A stretch of DNA of 63,313 nucleotides. It comes from an uncultured Gammaproteobacteria bacterium (lineage in GTDB: Bacteria > Patescibacteriota > Patescibacteriia > Magasanikbacterales > GWA2-37-8). The DNA is taken from assembly GCA_964536615.1 (NCBI GenBank), contig CAZHYG010000005.1, forward strand, positions 1 to 63,313, given 5' to 3'. The stretch's first letter is position 1. Each line of letters begins with the position of its first letter. Under the pieces are notes generated by a model. It ran no database searches and was not told the origin of the DNA. It saw nothing but the letters and a program-made list of their open reading frames with translations. Shown here one piece after another: positions 47,956 through 57,342 of the stretch. A program made the translations under genes and the position numbers.

Positions 47956-48978
47956 ATGTTTGAAAAATACAGAGATTTTTTGTCTTCTTTTGGGATAATG
48001 CTGCTTGGTGTTTTGCTTTTATTTTTTTCTTCCGTATATTTTGGTTCTGAAAAAAATTTTTCATTCGCACGGTTTCCGCGTAGCGATAAACGAGTGATAG
48101 AAGGGGGAGACGTGCAGGTGCAGGCGTTGCCGGTTAGTAAACCATCGGTGCCGTTACTAGATAAAACTGTGGCTGACGATGGTTCAATTTCTGGGCGCCT
48201 TACCGCTGTTGCCGCAGTTGTACTGGATGCTAAAACAAAAACTGTTTTGTTTAATAAAAATGCAGCCGATGTGCGTCCGCTTGCTAGTATTACCAAGCTT
48301 ATGACCGCGATGGTACTCATTGATTCTTCGCTTAATTGGAATACTGTTGCAACGGTGAGCGCTGAAGATATAGAAGGAGATCACCATATTGAAGCCGGTG
48401 AACAATTTACACTCGAAGATCTGTGGAACATTGCTTTAATCGGTTCTTCCAATTCTGCTATCAATACTCTGGTGCGCAGCGCTGGTTTTTCTCGGGAAGA
48501 TTTTGCTGTAAAGATGAATCAGAAAGCGCAGGCGCTGAGGCTTTTATCAGCTCGTTTTGTGGAACCGACCGGACTCTCAGAAAATAATATGGCTAGTGCC
48601 GCGGATACTGCAAAAATGCTGATTGACGCGTTGAAATTTGATAAAATTTTTACCACAGTACAGGTGGGAGAATATTATGCTCATCCGCTTGGCAGTAAAA
48701 AGGCGCGGCGAGTATGGACAACTAATTGGTTGTTGACCAATTGGGTGCCAAATAAGTTTAAGGCTGAAAATATTGCCGGCAAAACGGGGTATATAGAAAG
48801 CTCTGGGTATAATTTCGCCGTAAGTTTAAGCGATGAATACTCTCATTCAATTGCGGTGGTAGTGTTAGGCGCATCTGGAAATGAACAGCGTTTTAGCGAG
48901 GCGCGCGATTTGGCTGAGTGGACATTTGCGCATTTTGTCTGGCCTGACGAAGAAGGGTATAGCGCTCTGGCGGAATAA
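47956..48978 (+). CDS. D-alanyl-D-alanine carboxypeptidase (peptidase S11, PBP5-like)
   Basis: 340 aa. It has SxxK (ASITKLMT), SxN (SSNSA) and KTG (AGKTGY). Confidence 0.85.
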   Translation: MFEKYRDFLSSFGIMLLGVLLLFFSSVYFGSEKNFSFARFPRSDKRVIEGGDVQVQALPVSKPSVPLLDKTVADDGSISGRLTAVAAVVLDAKTKTVLFNKNAADVRPLASITKLMTAMVLIDSSLNWNTVATVSAEDIEGDHHIEAGEQFTLEDLWNIALIGSSNSAINTLVRSAGFSREDFAVKMNQKAQALRLLSARFVEPTGLSENNMASAADTAKMLIDALKFDKIFTTVQVGEYYAHPLGSKKARRVWTTNWLLTNWVPNKFKAENIAGKTGYIESSGYNFAVSLSDEYSHSIAVVVLGASGNEQRFSEARDLAEWTFAHFVWPDEEGYSALAE

Positions 48979-49034
48979 ATAATTACCTCGTGTTATTTTT
49001 TGTGGTATAATGTATAGCGATAAGAGCGCATACC

Positions 49035-50207
49035 ATGAATATTAAACATTTTGATCAAGCGGGAAAAATATCTGGAAAGACCGTTTTAGTGCGGGCTGAT
49101 TTTAATGTTCCAATTATAGGTAAAAAAATTAAAGATAACTATAAAATTAAAAAAGGTTTGGCAACTATTCAGTCGTTAGTAGAAAAAGGCGCAAAAGTGG
49201 TTATAGCATCCCATTTGGGTCGTCCTAAAAAAAATGAAAAAGCACTCAGTTTAAAACCTGTAGCCGAAGAGTTGGGTAGATTTTTGCAAAAAAAGATTGC
49301 TCTTCTTGATGTAGTTGATTTGAAAAAAACTAAACAATATATTGAGCAGCTGCCAATGCGGTCGGTGGTGATGTTGGAAAATATCAGATTTTTAAAAGGA
49401 GAGGCTGTGAACGCGCCGTCCCTTGCAAAAGCATTAGCTGGACTGGCTGACATATTTGTCTTGGATGGCTTTGCTGTGGCGCATCGCGATGCCGCTTCAG
49501 TTTCCGGAGTAGCCGCTTATATACCTGCTTATGCCGGTACGCTTCTGGCGGAAGAGGTGCGTGGTTTAGACAGGGCTCTTAATCATCCCAAAAAACCGTT
49601 TGTAGCTGTTCTGGGAGGTATTAAAATGGAAACAAAAATTCCAGTTTTAAAGAATTTTTTAGAGAAAGCCGATTATATTTTGGTAGGCGGCGGTATTGCC
49701 AATACATACATGTGGGCCAAGGGTGAAAAAGTTGGCGCTTCTTTGGTTGATGCTGGTTTTAAAAAACAAATTCTTGCGTTGTGCGCTAAGAAAAAAGTAA
49801 TTATGCCTATTGATTTTGTGGTAGGGCAGAAGAATGGGAAAAAAGCGCGTATCGTACCTGCAAAACAAATGATGCTTAAAAAGACCGAAGGAATATTTGA
49901 TATTGGTCCGGCCACTATTATGATGTTTGCGTCCTATATTAAGAAAGCAAAAACAGTTGTTTGGAATGGAGCTATGGGTAATTTTGAACAGCGACCATAT
50001 CAATACGGCACTTATTCCATTGCACATGTGGTGGCAGCTCGTTCTCGAGGCAGAGCCTATGGCGTAGCTGGTGGAGGTGAAACAATTGAGGTTCTTAAGA
50101 AATTGCAGATACTCAATGATATTGACATGGCTTCAACTGGAGGCGGATCTATGCTAGAATATATGGGAGGCAAGAAATTGCCCGGTTTGGAAATATTAAA
50201 AAAATAA
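49035..50207 (+). CDS. pgk: phosphoglycerate kinase
   Basis: 390 aa. Motifs: VRADFNVP, SHLGRPK and STGGGSMLE. Confidence 0.95.
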   Translation: MNIKHFDQAGKISGKTVLVRADFNVPIIGKKIKDNYKIKKGLATIQSLVEKGAKVVIASHLGRPKKNEKALSLKPVAEELGRFLQKKIALLDVVDLKKTKQYIEQLPMRSVVMLENIRFLKGEAVNAPSLAKALAGLADIFVLDGFAVAHRDAASVSGVAAYIPAYAGTLLAEEVRGLDRALNHPKKPFVAVLGGIKMETKIPVLKNFLEKADYILVGGGIANTYMWAKGEKVGASLVDAGFKKQILALCAKKKVIMPIDFVVGQKNGKKARIVPAKQMMLKKTEGIFDIGPATIMMFASYIKKAKTVVWNGAMGNFEQRPYQYGTYSIAHVVAARSRGRAYGVAGGGETIEVLKKLQILNDIDMASTGGGSMLEYMGGKKLPGLEILKK

Positions 50208-50266
50208 TTTTACTTACTTAATAATGATAGTTTTGTTCTTACACAAAACTATCCGGAGGATTTTAT

Positions 50267-51112
50267 ATGGGGCTTATGCCAGAGGGAAAAAATAAAACAG
50301 AACAGATGATGGATTGTTGTAGTTTGCGCGGTGGTTACGGTCATGCGCATGGTTTTGGAAAAAAGTTGTTATGTACCCTGGTTGGTATTTTAATGGTGTA
50401 CGGCATCTTTTATGTTGGTACTTTGATAAGCAATAACATAAAAAAGAATGCGTTTATCGGTCGTGCCGATCGTATGGAGCGCACGGTAGTTATAAATGGT
50501 TTTGGCAAGGTAAATGGTAAAAACGATATTGCCATGACCACTATCGGTTACTCTAACACCGATAAAGATGTTTCAAAAGCTCAGGCAGATAATAAAAAAG
50601 TGATGGATCAAATTTATGCCGATCTTAAACAGATGGGCGTAGAAGAAAAAGATTTGCAGAGCAGCTATAACATTTATCCAGAATATAATTATACGCAAGA
50701 AAAGGGTCAGGAGCTAAAAGGTTATAGAGTTTCAAACAGCCTGACAGTAAAAATCAGAGATTTGAGCAAGGTCAGCAATATCTTGGCTTTGGCTGGAAAA
50801 TATGGCGCTACTGAAGTTAACGGTTTGAGCTTTACTATAGATGATACCGAGAATTTGAAAGCGCAAGCCAGAGAGAAGGCATTAGCAGACGCCAAATTAA
50901 AAGCGCTTAAGACAGCTCAGGCGCTGGGTCTTCGCCTTGGTTCGGTGGTGAGCTATAACGAATATGAAACCAGTCCTAATTATGATTATGGTTATCCTCG
51001 TTATGCAGAAGCAACCGGTATGGGTGGTGGCGGTTCAGCTCCAACTGCGGTTTCTGGCGGGAGTATGGATGTAAGTATGAATGTAAGTATTATCTACGAA
51101 ATTGTTCAATAA
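50267..51112 (+). CDS. SIMPL/DUF541 domain protein
   Basis: 281 aa. A GGAGGA SD precedes it, and it has a TM anchor. GYRVSNSLTVKIRDLSKVSNILALAGKYGATEVNGLSFTIDD is typical of SIMPL. Confidence 0.8.
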   Translation: MGLMPEGKNKTEQMMDCCSLRGGYGHAHGFGKKLLCTLVGILMVYGIFYVGTLISNNIKKNAFIGRADRMERTVVINGFGKVNGKNDIAMTTIGYSNTDKDVSKAQADNKKVMDQIYADLKQMGVEEKDLQSSYNIYPEYNYTQEKGQELKGYRVSNSLTVKIRDLSKVSNILALAGKYGATEVNGLSFTIDDTENLKAQAREKALADAKLKALKTAQALGLRLGSVVSYNEYETSPNYDYGYPRYAEATGMGGGGSAPTAVSGGSMDVSMNVSIIYEIVQ

Positions 51113-51120
51113 AATTTAAT

Positions 51121-51148
51121 AAAGGAGCCCGAGGAGGGCTCTTTTTTG
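51121..51148 (+). terminator. rho-independent terminator
   Basis: Stem GAGCCC / GGGCTC, loop GAGGA, then a T-run. Confidence 0.6.
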
Positions 51149-51199
51149 TTAGCAGAGAGTGTGGTACAATTCTTCAACAAATAACCTATCATACCAATT

Positions 51200-52453
51200 A
51201 TGAAAATTAAGCAAGTAATAGCCAGAGAAATTTTGGATTCTCGCGGCAATCCTACAATTGAAGCAAAAATAGCGCTTGAAAACGGCCTTACAGCGGTAGC
51301 AAAAGTACCATCTGGAGCATCTACTGGCGCGCATGAGGCGTGGGAGTTGCGCGATGGTGGAAAACGATATGATGGCAAAGGTGTTCTCAAAGCCGTTAAG
51401 CATGTTAATGTTGATATTGCGCGTGCGGTGGTCGGTATGGAAGTATTTGATATAGAAAAAATTGACGCGGCCATGATTGCTTTAGATGGTACATCGAATA
51501 AATCAAAGTTAGGAGCAAATGCTATTTTAGCGGTTTCTTTGGCCGCGGTGCGTGCCGGTGCTGTGGCTGCAAGCAAGCCTCTGTATGCTTATATCAGACA
51601 GGCATACCGATTGCCGGAAAAAGAATATCGCTTGCCGGTATTGGGAATGAATATTATAAATGGCGGACGTCATGCTGATAATGGTCTTTCGGTGCAAGAA
51701 TTTATGATTATGCCAAAACATAAATTATTGCGTGAGCGCGTACGCATGGGCGCGCAAATTTTTCATGCTTTGGCAGGTTTGTTGCATGAAAAAGGTTTTG
51801 TAACCGGAGTAGGAGACGAAGGCGGTTTTGCGCCTGAGCTTCTTAATAATGAAAAAGCAATTCAATATATTATGCAAGCTATCAAGTTGGCTGGTTGGGA
51901 GCCTGGCAAGCATGTATTTTTGGCTTTAGATGTGGCGGCTTCAGAGTTTTATAGAAATAAAAAATATTATTTTTTAGGAAAAAAACAAGCTTGGAGCGCC
52001 AGCGACATGGTTAGTAATATTAAAAATTGGATTAAAAAATATCCGATTGTTTCAGTGGAAGATGGCTTGGCGGAGGATGATTGGTCCAATTGGGCAACAC
52101 TTACCAAAGAAGTTGGTAAAAACGTGGCGTTAGTCGGTGATGATTTATTTGTTACCAACCCTGATCGTATTGCAAAGGGGATTGCCGAACATGTAGCCAA
52201 TACCGTGCTTATCAAAATTAATCAAATTGGCACTGTTTCAGAGACAATTAAGGCTGTGCGATTGGCTCGGCAGCATAACTATAGTATATTTGTATCTCAT
52301 CGCAGCGGAGAAACGGCCGATACGTTTATCGCGGATCTGGCAGTGGCGGTAAATGCGGAATATATGAAAACTGGATCCCTGTCTCGTTCTGAGCGAATTG
52401 AAAAATATAATCGTTTAATGGAAATTGAGCAAGAATTAGAATCAGTTCTATGA
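51200..52453 (+). CDS. eno: enolase
   Basis: 417 aa. Motifs: REILDSRGNPT, SHRSGETED-like (SHRSGETAD) and IKINQIGT. Confidence 0.95.
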   Translation: MKIKQVIAREILDSRGNPTIEAKIALENGLTAVAKVPSGASTGAHEAWELRDGGKRYDGKGVLKAVKHVNVDIARAVVGMEVFDIEKIDAAMIALDGTSNKSKLGANAILAVSLAAVRAGAVAASKPLYAYIRQAYRLPEKEYRLPVLGMNIINGGRHADNGLSVQEFMIMPKHKLLRERVRMGAQIFHALAGLLHEKGFVTGVGDEGGFAPELLNNEKAIQYIMQAIKLAGWEPGKHVFLALDVAASEFYRNKKYYFLGKKQAWSASDMVSNIKNWIKKYPIVSVEDGLAEDDWSNWATLTKEVGKNVALVGDDLFVTNPDRIAKGIAEHVANTVLIKINQIGTVSETIKAVRLARQHNYSIFVSHRSGETADTFIADLAVAVNAEYMKTGSLSRSERIEKYNRLMEIEQELESVL

Positions 52454-54000
52454 AACATCAAAAACAAACCGTACTTGTTATAGTAGACGGATGGGGAATA
52501 GGGAGTCCAAAAGATCCAGGTAATCCGGTTACCGTTAAAACGGCTCCGCACTATTTTTCGTATCTGGAAAAATATCCTAACACGCAATTAAAAGCCAGTG
52601 GTGAAAATGTTGGGCTTTTTAAAGGGCAAGAAGGAAATAGTGAAGCCGGGCATCTTAATCTGGGAGCGGGCCGAATTGTAAAACAAGATGCTTTGTATAT
52701 CTCAGAAGCCATAAAAGATGGGTTATTTTTTAAGAATAATGCCTTTCATGAGGCAATGCATTATGTGAAAAAGCATGACTCCGCTGTTCATTTGATGGGT
52801 TTGCTTTCAAACCATAACAGTGCCCATTCTTGCCCTGAACATCTGTATGCGTTGCTGGAATTGTTGCATAGAGAAAGAATTAAAAAGGTCTATCTGCATT
52901 TATTTACGGACGGCCGTGATTCCAGCCAGTTTGAAGCGGCACGGCATTTTAAAAATTTAGAGAAGCATTTTTATGGCAATGAAAAAGTGGCAACAGTCAT
53001 GGGCAGATTTTATGCTATGGATAGAAATAAAAGCTGGGCTCGCATCAAACGAGCGTATGATGCGCTGGTGCTTGGTTCGGGCAACAAGGCCGTAAACGTG
53101 AGTGATGCATTGCGTGAATCATACAATAAAGGCGATAGCGATGAGTTTATTGAGCCTACAGTTATTGTGGAAAAAGGAAAACCTGTGGCCACGATTAAAG
53201 ATCACGATGCTATTTTCTTTTTTAATTTGCGTAGTGATCGGGCGCGTGAGTTGACTAAAGCATTTGTGCAGCCTAATTTTAAAGAGCTTAATCCCGGCGC
53301 GTTTACTCGTTCCCGATGCCCAAAACATATTCAGTTTGTAGCGTTAACAGATTTTGGTCCGGATTTGCCTGGTATTTTAACTGCATTTCCAAGTCGAGAT
53401 GTGCCAAACAGTTTAGTACAGGCGCTTTGTCCAAAAAAACAATTGTATATTGCCGAGTCTGAAAAATTTGCTCACATTACATATTTTTTAAACGGCGGTT
53501 ACGCGCAGCATTTTTGCGATGAAAATTGGGTAAAAATTTCTTCTGTGGAATTAAAAGATTATGCCAATAAGCCCGAAATGAGCGCTAAGCAAATTGCAGA
53601 TTATGCTATCGGTGCGATTAAATCAGAAAGCTACGAGTTTATTGCTTTAAATTTTGCCAATATGGATATGGTTGGCCACACCGGAAATTTTGCAGCCGGT
53701 CAAAAAGCAGTGAAGGCGGTAGATGCGGCTATAGACCGTATTGCTCAAGTTGTGTTAAAACATAAAGGCCAGCTTATCATTACGGCCGATCATGGAAACA
53801 TTGAAGAAATGATCAACGCAGAAACTGGTGAGCCTAACACAGAACATTCAACCAATCCAGTGCCGTTTATTTTGATTACCGATGATAAAAAGATTCCGCG
53901 ATCTTTGCGGCAAGGCAAGCTCGCCAATGTAGCTCCGACTATTCTTAAATTGATGGGTGTGGCTAAACCTGCTGAAATGACAGCCAAAAGTTTGGTTTAA
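52450..54000 (+). CDS. gpmI: 2,3-bisphosphoglycerate-independent phosphoglycerate mutase, copy 1
   Basis: 516 aa. Its ATG overlaps the eno stop (ATGA). Motifs: DGWG, GNSEAGHLNLGAGR (catalytic Ser), NMDMVGHTG and TADHGN. Confidence 0.9.
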   Translation: MKHQKQTVLVIVDGWGIGSPKDPGNPVTVKTAPHYFSYLEKYPNTQLKASGENVGLFKGQEGNSEAGHLNLGAGRIVKQDALYISEAIKDGLFFKNNAFHEAMHYVKKHDSAVHLMGLLSNHNSAHSCPEHLYALLELLHRERIKKVYLHLFTDGRDSSQFEAARHFKNLEKHFYGNEKVATVMGRFYAMDRNKSWARIKRAYDALVLGSGNKAVNVSDALRESYNKGDSDEFIEPTVIVEKGKPVATIKDHDAIFFFNLRSDRARELTKAFVQPNFKELNPGAFTRSRCPKHIQFVALTDFGPDLPGILTAFPSRDVPNSLVQALCPKKQLYIAESEKFAHITYFLNGGYAQHFCDENWVKISSVELKDYANKPEMSAKQIADYAIGAIKSESYEFIALNFANMDMVGHTGNFAAGQKAVKAVDAAIDRIAQVVLKHKGQLIITADHGNIEEMINAETGEPNTEHSTNPVPFILITDDKKIPRSLRQGKLANVAPTILKLMGVAKPAEMTAKSLV

Positions 54001-54027
54001 TTTTTTAGGAAGTTTTACAATGATGTT

Positions 54028-55605
54028 ATGCCAAAGCGACCGATAGTATTAATTATAATGGATGGATGGGGTGTTGCGCCGCATGTTGAAGGTAATGCGG
54101 TTTTTAGAGCTGAAACTCCAAATTTTAATAAATTTATTACCAATTATCCGGCCATGACATTGCATGCATCTGGTACGGAGGTTGGTCTTTTGTTTGGTGA
54201 AATGGGGAATTCCGAAGTAGGCCACCTAAATATTGGCGCAGGCAGAGTGTATTATCAAAGTTGTCCACGCATCAATCGCGCCATTGAAGACGGAAGTTTT
54301 TTTGAGAATGAAGCGCTGTGCGCCGCAATTGATCATGCCAAAAAAAATAACTCAAATTTACATTTGGTTGGGTTGGTGAGTTCGGGTAATGTCCACTCCA
54401 GCAACCAGCATTTGTACGCATTGCTTGATTTGTGCAAAAGAAAAAAGTTTACAAAAAATGTATTTATTCACGCGGTGCTTGATGGTCGTGATGCTTTGTA
54501 TAATTCCGGACGTGAATTTATTGTGGAAGCGGAAAAAAAGATTTCGGAATATAAAATCGGAGAAATTGTCACGTTGTCCGGGCGATATTTTGCCATGGAT
54601 AGAGATAACAGATGGGACAGGTGTGAAAAGGCATATCGAGCAATTGCCGAAGGCAAAGCAGATCGGTATGAGCAAGATCCGATTACGGCTATAGAAAAAT
54701 CGTATGAGCAAAAAATATATGATGAAGAATTTATTCCAACTGTCATAACACGCAAAGATAAACCAGTAGCCGTGGTGGGGGAAAAAGACGCAGTTATCTT
54801 TTTTAATTTTAGACCTGATCGCGCTCGACAATTGACCGAAGCATTTGCGCTGCCTTCATTTAATAAATTTGCCAAAACATATTCAAAAGATTTGTTTGTG
54901 GCCACGATGACGGAATATGAAAAAGATTTGCCTGTAGCCGTGGCGTTTGCGCCGGTGGTAGTGCATAATTGTTTGGCTGAAGTGATAAGCAAAGCAGGGT
55001 TAAAGCAAATACATATAGCTGAAACAGAAAAATATGCTCATGTTACATTTTTTTTAAACGGTACAGTTGAAGAACCTTTCCCCGGTGAAGATAGAATTTT
55101 AATTCCTTCACCGCATGTATCTAGTTATGATCAGCAGCCAGAAATGTCGGCTTTAGAAATTGCTAAAGAAGCGGGCAAGGCGATAGACAGCGGCAAGTAT
55201 GATCTTATAGTTCTCAATATTGCCAATGCGGACATGGTGGGGCACACCGGTAATCTTGAAGCCGGAATAAAAGCATGCAAAATTGTTGATAAATGCCTGG
55301 GTGATATTGCGGATCATGCTTTGTCTCAAAATGGTGTAGTGGTAATTACAGCGGATCACGGCAATGCCGAAGAAATGACCAACTTGCAAACTGGGGATAT
55401 TGATAAGGAGCATTCCACCAATCCGGTACCTTTAATTATTATCGGTAAAGAATTTTTAGGTCAAGCCGGTCCTTCAGGAGACCCTCCGGAAGGCGACCTA
55501 AGTTTGTTGCAGCCTGCGGGGATTTTGGCAGATGTTGCCCCAACTGTTCTTTCGTTGTTGGGAGTGTCTCAGCCGGAAGATATGACAGGTGCAACACTTA
55601 TCTAG
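54028..55605 (+). CDS. gpmI: 2,3-bisphosphoglycerate-independent phosphoglycerate mutase, copy 2
   Basis: 525 aa. Motifs: DGWG, GNSEVGHLNIGAGR, NADMVGHTG and TADHGN. Confidence 0.9.
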   Translation: MPKRPIVLIIMDGWGVAPHVEGNAVFRAETPNFNKFITNYPAMTLHASGTEVGLLFGEMGNSEVGHLNIGAGRVYYQSCPRINRAIEDGSFFENEALCAAIDHAKKNNSNLHLVGLVSSGNVHSSNQHLYALLDLCKRKKFTKNVFIHAVLDGRDALYNSGREFIVEAEKKISEYKIGEIVTLSGRYFAMDRDNRWDRCEKAYRAIAEGKADRYEQDPITAIEKSYEQKIYDEEFIPTVITRKDKPVAVVGEKDAVIFFNFRPDRARQLTEAFALPSFNKFAKTYSKDLFVATMTEYEKDLPVAVAFAPVVVHNCLAEVISKAGLKQIHIAETEKYAHVTFFLNGTVEEPFPGEDRILIPSPHVSSYDQQPEMSALEIAKEAGKAIDSGKYDLIVLNIANADMVGHTGNLEAGIKACKIVDKCLGDIADHALSQNGVVVITADHGNAEEMTNLQTGDIDKEHSTNPVPLIIIGKEFLGQAGPSGDPPEGDLSLLQPAGILADVAPTVLSLLGVSQPEDMTGATLI

Positions 55606-55620
55606 TTTATATTACAAATT

Positions 55621-55649
55621 TTGACAGCGATTTTTTTGTCGTGTAGAGT
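55621..55649 (+). promoter_or_regulatory. putative promoter TTGACA-17-TAGAGT
   Basis: Perfect -35 and 17-nt spacer, about 155 nt upstream of the first GC-rich orphan gene. Confidence 0.4.
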
Positions 55650-55803
55650 TGTGTTTAAGAAGAGCTGTTTTTAAATGTCTCAGTTTTCTATTTGATTTAC
55701 TTTCATATAAAAAAGTAGGTTAACCTGAAGGCTGGAACAATATCCGGTCTTCTCTTGGCCCTTTTGGTCGAGATCGTCCCCCACTTTGGGGAGAAGGCAA
55801 GTC

Positions 55804-56517
55804 ATGCGGGATCGTACGGCTTCATTCAAAGCTCTGGCGAAGATTGTTGCTAATCTCTCCGATGAGGAGCAGCTTGCCATTATAGATCATCCGAAGCGAT
55901 TCGGGGATCTGATGTGCCAATTCGCTGCTGAAGTTGCTTCAAGTACCTACGTGATTCCTGTTCACGATAAGGACGTGCCGCTGCCACACAGGGCAGCTGC
56001 CAGAACTTGGCGTCAGTATGCTCGTGCACACGACTACAATGGCCCTATCGCTTGGAGGGTCAAGGAAGGCTTCACCCTCAGGAGTCATGCCCAGACGGCT
56101 GGTCCGTGCTCAGGTCTGAGGTATATCTCGTATTGGGACGAGATCACAGGCGATGCACCTACGGACAAATGTATCGTGTTCTGGGTGCCACGTTTGGTTA
56201 GTAGTTCTATGGACAAGACCTTTGTCCAGATGGAGGAACGCCGTGAAGAGGCAAAAAGATGTCTCGAGCTGCCAGACAACCATGCTACCAGTTTTGGGGG
56301 TATTTCACTCCTCTTTGCGCTCGTTTTGGCCCATTTTAAGCGAGTAGGTGAGCGCGTACCGCTCAAGGAGTTTTTTGCAGTAAGCGACTCCTTGGGTGTG
56401 GAAGGGAACCGCTTGATTGTGGGTGGTTTCAATAAGAGCGGGTTGCAGTGCGCCAATACGGTCGGTAAGCCTCGCTATGACGTAGGGTTCTTCCTCTTGG
56501 GAGTGGAGTTGCTCTAG
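55804..56517 (+). CDS. GC-rich orphan protein (237 aa), unknown function
   Basis: The start was moved to ATG at 55804, which follows a GGAGAAGG SD. The uninterrupted 238-codon frame lies in DNA of about 55% GC, against about 40% for the neighbours. I recognise no family motif. Confidence 0.6.
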   Translation: MRDRTASFKALAKIVANLSDEEQLAIIDHPKRFGDLMCQFAAEVASSTYVIPVHDKDVPLPHRAAARTWRQYARAHDYNGPIAWRVKEGFTLRSHAQTAGPCSGLRYISYWDEITGDAPTDKCIVFWVPRLVSSSMDKTFVQMEERREEAKRCLELPDNHATSFGGISLLFALVLAHFKRVGERVPLKEFFAVSDSLGVEGNRLIVGGFNKSGLQCANTVGKPRYDVGFFLLGVELL

Positions 56518-56547
56518 TAACTGGTGCCAAACGTCGAGCCTTCGCAG

Positions 56548-56610
56548 TTCGCCGCCTAACACCGCTTTGTAAAGATGTATACTTTTTATAAAGCGGTGCG
56601 GCGAATTTTA
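56548..56610 (+). terminator. long hairpin terminator after first orphan gene
   Basis: TTCGCCGC..CACCGCTTTGTAAAG / CTTTTTATAAAGCGGTG..GCGGCGAA, then TTTT. A second hairpin (AAAAAGACTCTTA / TAAGGGTCTTTTT) lies at 56619-56649. Confidence 0.6.
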
Positions 56611-56697
56611 TATAATTCAAAAAGACTCTTATTAACTAAGGGTCTTTTTGTATATTTATAGCGCAACACTTATCTAAAATAAAAAATAAACAGAGGG

Positions 56698-56724
56698 TTG
56701 ACATGCCCTCTGTTTTGGTATACT
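56698..56724 (+). promoter_or_regulatory. extended -10 promoter (TTGACA ... TGgTATACT)
   Basis: TTGACA at 56698-56703 and TGGTATACT at 56716-56724. The spacer is short (15 nt) but the TGn extension is present. The same TTTGGTATACT occurs upstream of the rlmI-like gene. Confidence 0.5.
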
Positions 56725-56763
56725 GTTTTGTATTCCGCACACACGCGGAAAAAGGAGGATATC

Positions 56764-57225
56764 ATGTCGACCAATTCGTTTGGCGATGTCTGCCAAGCGG
56801 TGATGCGCTTGTTTCCGCCTACTCTGGAGATCGACCCTTCTGTCTGTGATTTGGGGTTGGTTCCAGACTTGGACAAGCTGCATGCCTACCAGTTTGCGCG
56901 TCCAAGGCTTGACGGCACTGTCCCTGAGGTTGTCGAAAACGACTTCTGGTACATGGCCTTGCAGGGCGGCTATGACCGGTATGGGCTGGGGTTGTTGAAT
57001 CGGCTATGGAATGTGCCGTATATGGAATGGCCGGCATCGTTGATGTCAGTGGGTGACACGCTCGTGTTTGGTGGTGCCAAGTTGCGGCGCAAGGGCATGT
57101 TGTTTGTGGCCACTCTTGCGATTCAGTATGATTTGCGTACCGAGAGGTTGGTGCCTGTGGTTGGTGCCAAGTGGACAGGGTCTCCGTACTGGCCGTATCA
57201 GGCTGGGCTAGTGTGTGAAGCGTAG
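56764..57225 (+). CDS. GC-rich orphan protein (153 aa), unknown function
   Basis: The start was moved to ATG at 56764, which lies 6 nt after a perfect AGGAGG. The composition is GC-rich and no family motif was recognised. Confidence 0.6.
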   Translation: MSTNSFGDVCQAVMRLFPPTLEIDPSVCDLGLVPDLDKLHAYQFARPRLDGTVPEVVENDFWYMALQGGYDRYGLGLLNRLWNVPYMEWPASLMSVGDTLVFGGAKLRRKGMLFVATLAIQYDLRTERLVPVVGAKWTGSPYWPYQAGLVCEA

Positions 57226-57260
57226 TCGCCACGTTGCGGCGCGCTTCGGAAACGTGTGGT

Positions 57261-57300
57261 GGCCGCAGGCTTGGGAGAAGCCGGCGGCCTTTGTTGTTTT
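57261..57300 (+). terminator. rho-independent terminator
   Basis: Stem GGCCGCAGGCTT / AAGCCGGCGGCC (one mismatch), then TTTGTTGTTTT. Confidence 0.6.
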
Positions 57301-57303
57301 AAA

Positions 57304-57342
57304 TAAAAAATACCGCGTTTGCTATAAAATGCACGCGGTATT
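57304..57342 (-). terminator. rho-independent terminator of the DHH gene
   Basis: On the minus strand: stem ATACCGCG / CGCGGTAT followed by TTTTTT. Confidence 0.55.

Noticed and set aside
51106-51576. 156-aa minus-strand ORF
   Set aside because: It is antisense to the enolase N-terminus and overlaps the SIMPL gene terminator. No motif is present.
54358-54992. 157-aa and 174-aa minus-strand ORFs
   Set aside because: Both are antisense to the second gpmI copy, which has complete iPGM motifs.
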